Assembly: GCA_018062825.1 (NCBI GenBank)
Contig: JAGORL010000003.1
Span: 72,333-136,332 of the forward strand
Direction: 5' to 3'
DNA: 64,000 nt
From: Patescibacteria group bacterium
Lineage (GTDB): Bacteria; Patescibacteriota; Patescibacteriia; UBA9934
In this document: positions 55,839-64,000 of the stretch, piece after piece
Layout: the number at the start of each line of letters is the position of its first letter
Position numbering within the stretch: the stretch's first letter is position 1
The notes under the pieces: generated by a model
The model's database searches: none
Seen by the model: only the letters and a program-made list of their open reading frames with translations
What the model was told of the DNA's origin: nothing
Program-made: the position numbers and the translations under genes

Positions 55839-56694
55839 AGTGCCTGAAGAACCTGTTGTGTATATGCGTCGACCACTGTTTGATCGCAAGAGTGTGAGCG
55901 CGGGTGTGTTAGGTCTTTTAGGGGTGATACTTTTTATTGTCTTTGTTTTCCCGCCATTTACGATTGTTTCCGCAGGTCACCGTGGAGTTGCGGTACTTTT
56001 TGGAGCTGTTCAGGACCAGGTTTACGGTGAGGGTTTGCACTGGAAAAATCCGCTCATGAGCGTGGTTGCTATGGATGTTCGCACGCAGATTCTTCAGGCT
56101 GAGGCTGATAGTGCAAGCAAGGATCTTCAAAGCGTGACCGCCACTATTGCTGTGAACTATCGTATTGATACTGCTGACGTGCAGACTCTTTATCAAGAAG
56201 TCGGTCTTGATTACGAGATGACGGTTATTGCGCCAGCTATTCAGGAGTCAGTGAAGGCTGCGACCGCTCAGTTTACCGCGGAGGAACTTATTACTAAGCG
56301 ACCAGAGGTTCGAGCGGCAATTCACGCCAATCTTGAGAATCGTTTAGATGATCGCTCCTTGATTATTGAAGATGTTTCCATTGTTAACTTCCAGTTTTCT
56401 GATCAGTTTGATGCAGCCATTGAGGCTAAACAGACAGCAGAGCAGCAGGCATTGAAAGCAGCGAATGATTTGAGGCGTATTGAGCTTGAGGCCCAGCAGA
56501 CGGTAGTGCGTGCGCAGGCTGAGGCTGAGAGCATTCGCATTCAGTCGCAGGCGCTCACTACAAGTAACTCGCTCATTAATCTTGAAGCTGTACGCCGTTG
56601 GGACGGTGAATTGCCGGTGTATTACTCGGGTGATACATTGCCATTCTTTACGACCTCAACGCCTTCACTTACTACGCAAATTTCCGGAGAGTAA
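55801..56694 (+). CDS. SPFH/band-7 (prohibitin/HflC-like) membrane protein
   Basis: TM helix followed by an SPFH core (SAGHRGVAVLFG...LHWKNPLMSV...) and a C-terminal coiled coil. Confidence 0.7.
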   Translation: MNLLNPNHAPQLEVPEEPVVYMRRPLFDRKSVSAGVLGLLGVILFIVFVFPPFTIVSAGHRGVAVLFGAVQDQVYGEGLHWKNPLMSVVAMDVRTQILQAEADSASKDLQSVTATIAVNYRIDTADVQTLYQEVGLDYEMTVIAPAIQESVKAATAQFTAEELITKRPEVRAAIHANLENRLDDRSLIIEDVSIVNFQFSDQFDAAIEAKQTAEQQALKAANDLRRIELEAQQTVVRAQAEAESIRIQSQALTTSNSLINLEAVRRWDGELPVYYSGDTLPFFTTSTPSLTTQISGE

Positions 56695-56695
56695 A

Positions 56696-56731
56696 TAAAA
56701 AATCCCGCCATCAATATGTGGCGGGATTTTT
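56696..56731. terminator. Bidirectional terminator between the SPFH gene and rlmH
   Basis: AAAAAATCCCGCCATCAATATGTGGCGGGATTTTTG. Confidence 0.65.
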
Positions 56732-56733
56732 GT

Positions 56734-57156
56734 TTAATAGTGATATTTCATGCCTTTTACTATAGAGCAGGCACGGTAGAGCTGTTCTAAGTAGAAGATG
56801 TGCGCAAGATCATGGGTTGTTGTCATTGGGGAGAGGGAGAGGCGTAGATGGGCACGTTTTTTTAGTTCGTCTGACAGGCCATGTGGACCACCAAGAACAA
56901 TAGCAACATGGAGACCGGTGTCTTCCCAGCGTCCAACTTCTTTTGCGAATCCTTCAGAATTGAAGGATTTACCATCTGCATCTAATACGACAAGAAAAGC
57001 GTCTTTAGGCAGGCTTTCTGTGAGGGTCGCTTCGTTCTTGTAGGTACGATGATCAAACCGGGCAAATTTTTTGAGATGCAGCTTTAAATTAGTCGCAATT
57101 TCCAAAAATGGTCCGCGGGGAGTTTCGCCAATGGTCATGGAGGTTATTCGCAGCAT
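56734..57156 (-). CDS. rlmH: 23S rRNA (pseudouridine1915-N3)-methyltransferase RlmH-like SPOUT protein
   Basis: C-terminal knot motif LSLSPMTTTHDLAHIFYLEQLYRACSIVKGMKYH matches RlmH. Confidence 0.6.
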   Translation of the reverse strand: MLRITSMTIGETPRGPFLEIATNLKLHLKKFARFDHRTYKNEATLTESLPKDAFLVVLDADGKSFNSEGFAKEVGRWEDTGLHVAIVLGGPHGLSDELKKRAHLRLSLSPMTTTHDLAHIFYLEQLYRACSIVKGMKYHY

Positions 57157-57221
57157 AACGGCGTATCTTAGCCCAATTTTTTCTTTCTGGCAACGGTGGA
57201 TAACTGGGGATGAGGTAATCC

Positions 57222-57250
57222 TTGACAGGCTTATAAAGCTTTTGTACTAT
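57222..57250 (+). promoter_or_regulatory. rRNA promoter TTGACA-17-TACTAT
   Basis: Consensus hexamers ~160 nt upstream of the 23S processing stem. Confidence 0.65.
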
Positions 57251-57408
57251 TCCGCCGCACTGTTCGTGAACAAAAGTTCACTTCAGAAGAGCTTTTTGGA
57301 CGAAAGTCCAGCGCGCCCTTCTGAACGTTTACAACTAAATATTCTACGAAGAAAAAGCAAACGCACTGATATCATGACCAAAAGGTCATGCGTACTCAGT
57401 GAATGGAG

Positions 57409-60418
<3,010 letters not shown>

Positions 60419-60480
60419 TCCATTCACTGAGTGCGTTAAATCGCACGCGTTTGCTAAACGAATAAAAAAACATTTCATTG

Positions 60481-60590
60481 TCTTGGTGGCATTTCCAGCG
60501 GGGACACACCCGTTCCCTTCCCGAACACGGAAGTTAAGCCCGTTTGGGCCGATGGTAGCCAAGTGTGGCGAGAGTAGGTGGCCGCCAGGA
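60481..60590 (+). rRNA. rrf: 5S ribosomal RNA
   Basis: TCTTGGTGGC..CCGAACACGGAAGTTAAGCCCG..GATGGTAGC..GAGAGTAGGTGGCCGCCAGGA; ends pair. Confidence 0.9.
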
Positions 60591-60604
60591 CAATGCAATG
60601 TTTT

Positions 60605-60629
60605 CCGAACCGTATGGTTCGGTTTTTTG
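60605..60629 (+). terminator. Intrinsic terminator of the 23S-5S transcript
   Basis: CCGAACCGTATGGTTCGGTTTTTTG. Confidence 0.75.
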
Positions 60630-60667
60630 TTTGCCAAAGAGTCTCCGGTCTTTTACCATGGTCTAGT

Positions 60668-61417
60668 ATGCAATCCACTCAAGTCGTTATATTAGCGGCA
60701 GGTAAGGGGAAACGAATGGGCAGCTCTGTTCCTAAGCCACTAGTTTCTATTTCTGGTAAGCCAATGCTTGCGCATTTACTTGAGAATTTACAGAAAGCAG
60801 CTATCGATCCACGTCCGATTGTGGTTGTTCATCCGGATTATCAGGAGCTTTTTCAAAAGGCACTTCATGCTGATGTTATTTTTGCTCATCAGATTGAGCA
60901 GCTTGGCACAGGGCACGCTGTTATGTCGGCATTTTCAGTTATTCGTGAGGGAGCGACGCATGTTATGGTTTTGTACGGTGACCATCCGTTTTTGAGCGCT
61001 GCGCTTCTTCAGTCGCTTCCTGCGATGGCACAAGAGAAGCCGGAAGCGCTTGTCATGCTTACCGCAAAGGTTCCACATTTTACTAATGAGTACGCAGGCT
61101 TTATTTCTTGGGGGAGAATTGTGCGTGATGATCAAGGCAAGGTTATTGCTATTCGTGAGGCAAAGGACGCTACTGATGAAGAGAAAACGATCACAGAGTT
61201 GAATCCAGCAATTTATTGTTTTCCACTTTCGCTTTTGCGAAGAGCACTTCCTCAGTTGTCGAATGCGAATGCTTCTGGTGAGTACTATTTAACCGATGTC
61301 ATTGCTTTTGCGATGCGTGAAGGGATTGAGATTGTTACTCAGTCGGTTGATGCTCTTGAGGTTATTGGTGTGAATACACCTGACGAACTTAAGGTTGCTG
61401 AGTCCATTCACGGATAA
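60668..61417 (+). CDS. Sugar-phosphate nucleotidyltransferase (GlmU N-terminal-domain-like, no acetyltransferase domain)
   Basis: VVILAAGKGKRMGSSVPKPL..G.PML and the GT-A-like NTP-transferase fold, only 249 aa. The track ORF start at 60578 overlaps the 5S gene, so start is taken at the ATG at 60668. Confidence 0.65.
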   Translation: MQSTQVVILAAGKGKRMGSSVPKPLVSISGKPMLAHLLENLQKAAIDPRPIVVVHPDYQELFQKALHADVIFAHQIEQLGTGHAVMSAFSVIREGATHVMVLYGDHPFLSAALLQSLPAMAQEKPEALVMLTAKVPHFTNEYAGFISWGRIVRDDQGKVIAIREAKDATDEEKTITELNPAIYCFPLSLLRRALPQLSNANASGEYYLTDVIAFAMREGIEIVTQSVDALEVIGVNTPDELKVAESIHG

Positions 61418-61425
61418 TTTGTTTT

Positions 61426-62064
61426 ATGGAGGTGCATACTCATTTTCGTCACCCGGCCTACATGCTTATCGCTTCTTTCAAAGATTACGCACGCGATCTT
61501 GGAAAGACATTGCAGGCTTTGGGTGTTTTTGGACCACTATTCTTATTACTTGCGGTAGCTGAGGGTGTGTTTCCTGTTCTGACTCTTCATGCCCTAGGTG
61601 TGTGGTTTGATGCAGTGCTTGGTGCGCGGGCTGTTGGTGCTGTTACGAGTGATTTAACTGATGCTACGCGCATGGTGATTGGGTACTTTGCGGTTAGCGC
61701 TGTCACAACAGGAGTTTCTGAGGTGCTCTTAGGGGGTAGAGCGCGGGAAGTTTTGCGTGCTTTGGCACTTGCAGCATCGATTTTTGTGGTTTTGGTTTTG
61801 ACGGCTCCTGTACTTCTTTTTCTTTTATTAGGATTAGCGCTTATTGTTCTTGCTGTGCTTAGCATTGCTCACGTTAAGGCTCGATCAGCCATGGTGCTTG
61901 TTTTTGCTACACTCTTCATGTCGCAGATTTTTTGGCACATGAGCAAGCTTGTTATGGTGCGTGCGTATACCGCGGGAGAGTCATTGAGCATTCTTTTGCT
62001 TTCTTGTGGGGTATTTATTGTAGGGGTGTTTTTGACTCTGCCAACATATGAAAATCGTCGCTGA
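61426..62064 (+). CDS. Hypothetical polytopic membrane protein
   Basis: ~6 hydrophobic helices, no motif. Confidence 0.4.
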   Translation: MEVHTHFRHPAYMLIASFKDYARDLGKTLQALGVFGPLFLLLAVAEGVFPVLTLHALGVWFDAVLGARAVGAVTSDLTDATRMVIGYFAVSAVTTGVSEVLLGGRAREVLRALALAASIFVVLVLTAPVLLFLLLGLALIVLAVLSIAHVKARSAMVLVFATLFMSQIFWHMSKLVMVRAYTAGESLSILLLSCGVFIVGVFLTLPTYENRR

Positions 62065-63316
62065 TCTGCATGTTCACTCAAAGTACTCCCGAGCTTGTTC
62101 TCAGGAACTGACGCTTCATAATAACGCCGCGGCCTGCATGAAGAAGGGTGTTAATCTGCTTGGTACAGGCGATTTTACTCACCCAGATTGGTTTAAGGAA
62201 ATTGAAACACATCTTGACGAGCGTGAGCCTGGTCTTTTTGGGTTGAAAGATGGATCACATGCGCAGATGCGTTTCATGATTACAACTGAGGTGGCGCAAA
62301 TTTATAAAAAAGGTGGGAAGACACGCCGCATTCACAACCTTCTTTTTGTACCGAGTATTTCCTCTGCGAAAAAAGTGATAGCTTGGCTTACTGATCGTGG
62401 CCATAATTTGAAATCTGATGGCAGGCCGATTCTTGGCATTGATTCTGAAGAGCTGTATAAGCACCTACGAGACATTGATGAGCGTATTGTACTTACACCT
62501 GCTCATGCGTGGACACCGTGGTTTTCTGTTTTTGGATCAAAGTCTGGCTTTGATTCACTTGAGGAATGCTTTGGATCAATGACGCCTTATGTGTACGCTA
62601 TTGAGACTGGCCTCTCGAGTGATCCGATTATGAATCGATCACTTTCTTTACTTGATGGTGTATCGCTTATTTCAAATTCTGATGCACATGGTCCTGCGAA
62701 TTTTGGCAGGGAAGCAAATGTATTTGAAGTTGAAGCATCCAAGTATTCTTTTGATGAAATGATTCGTATTTTGCGAGAGCGAGATAGAAAAGCTTTCTTG
62801 TATACGATTGAGTTTTTTCCTGAAGAAGGAAAGTATCACATTGATGGACACCTGGCGTGTAATTTTTCTTGTGAACCAGATGAGACTAAACGTCTGGGTG
62901 GGAAGTGTCCGACATGCGGTAAGCCTATTACCGTCGGCGTTCTTTCGCGCGTGAATGATCTTGCAGATAGGCTGCGTACGCCTGAGGTGATGCAGGGTCA
63001 CGTGCCGTTTAAATCGATCGTACCGCTACCGATGCTTATTGCTGACGCATGCCACGTGAGAACGACAACTGGAAAGAAAGTTTCAGCGTACTATGAAAAG
63101 TTGGTCTCCGAACTTGGTAGTGAGTTTTACATTTTGTTAGAGGCATCGATTGCTGATATCGCTCATGCTAGTACTGCAAAAATTGCGGAAGCAGTACGTA
63201 GAATGCGTGTACATGATGTGCAGATTTCTCCAGGATTTGATGGTAAATTTGGTGTTGTTCGAGTTTTTACTGACAAGGAACAGAAAAACTCTTTTCAAGG
63301 ATCACTCCTTGAGTAA
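62048..63316 (+). CDS. Endonuclease Q-like protein (PHP-family hydrolase with C-terminal zinc ribbon; TIGR00375 family)
   Basis: DLHVHSKYSRACS, GVNLLGTGDFTHPDW, HNLLFVP, TPAHAWTPW, SNSDAHGPANFGREANVFEV, GKYH and CPTCGKP match the EndoQ motif order. Matched from memory, not by search. Confidence 0.7.
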   Translation: MKIVADLHVHSKYSRACSQELTLHNNAAACMKKGVNLLGTGDFTHPDWFKEIETHLDEREPGLFGLKDGSHAQMRFMITTEVAQIYKKGGKTRRIHNLLFVPSISSAKKVIAWLTDRGHNLKSDGRPILGIDSEELYKHLRDIDERIVLTPAHAWTPWFSVFGSKSGFDSLEECFGSMTPYVYAIETGLSSDPIMNRSLSLLDGVSLISNSDAHGPANFGREANVFEVEASKYSFDEMIRILRERDRKAFLYTIEFFPEEGKYHIDGHLACNFSCEPDETKRLGGKCPTCGKPITVGVLSRVNDLADRLRTPEVMQGHVPFKSIVPLPMLIADACHVRTTTGKKVSAYYEKLVSELGSEFYILLEASIADIAHASTAKIAEAVRRMRVHDVQISPGFDGKFGVVRVFTDKEQKNSFQGSLLE

Positions 63317-63390
63317 AACAAAAAATTCGCTCGGTGACGAGAACCTCCTCCAGGAGTACATCCTCGTTACGCGTGCGAATTTTTTTGTGC

Positions 63391-63531
63391 TTAGCGCTTC
63401 TTGGAAGCTTTTCGCTTTGCCGCTTTACGCTTGGCTGGTGCCTTGCGCTTTGCTGGTGCCTTCTTAGCTACCTTGCGCTTTGCTGGGCGCTTGGCAACTT
63501 TCTTCTTGGCGGCTTTTTTCTTCATCGCCAT
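63391..63531 (-). CDS. Small lysine/alanine-rich basic protein (histone H1-like AKRK/PAKRK repeats), 46 aa
   Basis: Hand-translated MAMKKKAAKKKVAKRPAKRKVAKKAPAKRKAPAKRKAAKRKASKKR; below the ORF-track cutoff. The antisense 79-aa track ORF is an artefact. Confidence 0.4.
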   Translation of the reverse strand: MAMKKKAAKKKVAKRPAKRKVAKKAPAKRKAPAKRKAAKRKASKKR

Positions 63532-63632
63532 AATTTCGCCTGTGTTAACGCCGCGTTAATTGTCACGGCCTAGGAAAATGATAGCAAATTTTTTGCACTC
63601 TTATGAGTTTTTAGTGTGTTGGTGTGCATAAC

Positions 63633-64000
63633 TTACGGTGTAATTTCTACAACAGCACCAACATTTGCCCAGTTGAAAATCCATTCTGCATTTTCCATGT
63701 TGAGATTTACACAACCGTGACTGACACGACGACCGAAATTGTTGTGCCAGTATGCGGAATGAATGTAGTAATGCTTTCTAAATCGTAAATTCCATTTTAC
63801 TCCTGCGAGTGAGTAGTTGCGTGGATCATTTTCTCCGTATGACCATGTATAGGTGTGTACCGGAAGTTTATCAGTAACGGTTGTTGTACCTAGCGGAGTG
63901 TTGTGCCCATCTTTTCCGGTTGAGACGAGAAAAGAGTTTACTAGAATTCCGTTTTCGTAAGCATAGAGTTTCTGATCAGAGATATCGATTTTGATATATT
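63633..64000 (-). CDS. L,D-transpeptidase (YkuD) catalytic domain, C-terminal part; gene continues beyond the window end
   Basis: Reverse translation gives ...RRVSHGCVNLNMENAEWIFNWANVGAVVEITP* with the YkuD active-site motif SHGC(V/I)(R/N)L. Confidence 0.6.
   Translation of the reverse strand, partial: YIKIDISDQKLYAYENGILVNSFLVSTGKDGHNTPLGTTTVTDKLPVHTYTWSYGENDPRNYSLAGVKWNLRFRKHYYIHSAYWHNNFGRRVSHGCVNLNMENAEWIFNWANVGAVVEITP

Noticed and set aside
63334-63573. 79-aa plus-strand ORF
   Set aside because: It is antisense to the K/A-rich basic protein gene, and its translation is Leu/Cys-rich nonsense typical of that artefact.

Overview
This 64 kb window looks like part of a small, moderate-GC bacterial chromosome, most likely a CPR/Patescibacteria-type organism (low-confidence inference). 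Supporting signs are a 23S-5S rRNA unit with its own promoter and no linked 16S, an expansion insert in the 23S, many short genes, and a CPR-type T4SS-pilin-like array. It carries the replication origin: rpmH-rnpA-yidD, a DnaA-box cluster, dnaA, a second DnaA-box cluster, dnaN. Other housekeeping genes include the pnp 3' end, tig, nfo, lspA, ruvB, cell-wall enzymes (PBP1A, M23/LysM, 3D-domain, SpoIID, L,D-transpeptidase), a redox cluster (NifS, ferredoxin, reductase, PGI/PMI, ribH, gdh) and an ApbE/FMN-binding flavinylation trio. Five tRNAs were found (Cys-GCA, Ser-CGA, Leu-TAA, Gly-GCC, Leu-TAG).

The most interesting features are as follows. (1) A ~4.2 kb strongly GC-rich island (37262-41466) with actinobacterial-type codon usage. 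It encodes two signal-peptide proteins, a 27-aa TM peptide and a 676-aa polytopic membrane protein. It sits directly downstream of a tandem array of six paralogous TrbC/VirB2-like pilin genes. (2) Inside the island is an AT-rich spacer (38880-39353) carrying a host-type TTGACA-17-TACTAT promoter, an 18-bp perfect palindrome (ATAGCTAATATTAGCTAT) that recurs in three other divergent promoter regions, and mutually exclusive hairpins that resemble an attenuator. (3) A ~120-130 nt element occurs twice, each copy abutting a tRNA gene end (tRNA-Ser, tRNA-Gly). The two cores are similar, each is enclosed by a long stem whose arms differ between copies, and the terminal 8 bp are conserved. (4) A C-depleted G/A/T-only motif (GGAAGTAGTTAGTAGG) occurs four times, always 0-80 nt downstream of plus-strand stop codons, including after both GC-rich insertions. 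(5) A second, small GC-rich fragment lies between tig and nfo. No CRISPR array, transposase or integrase was recognised.
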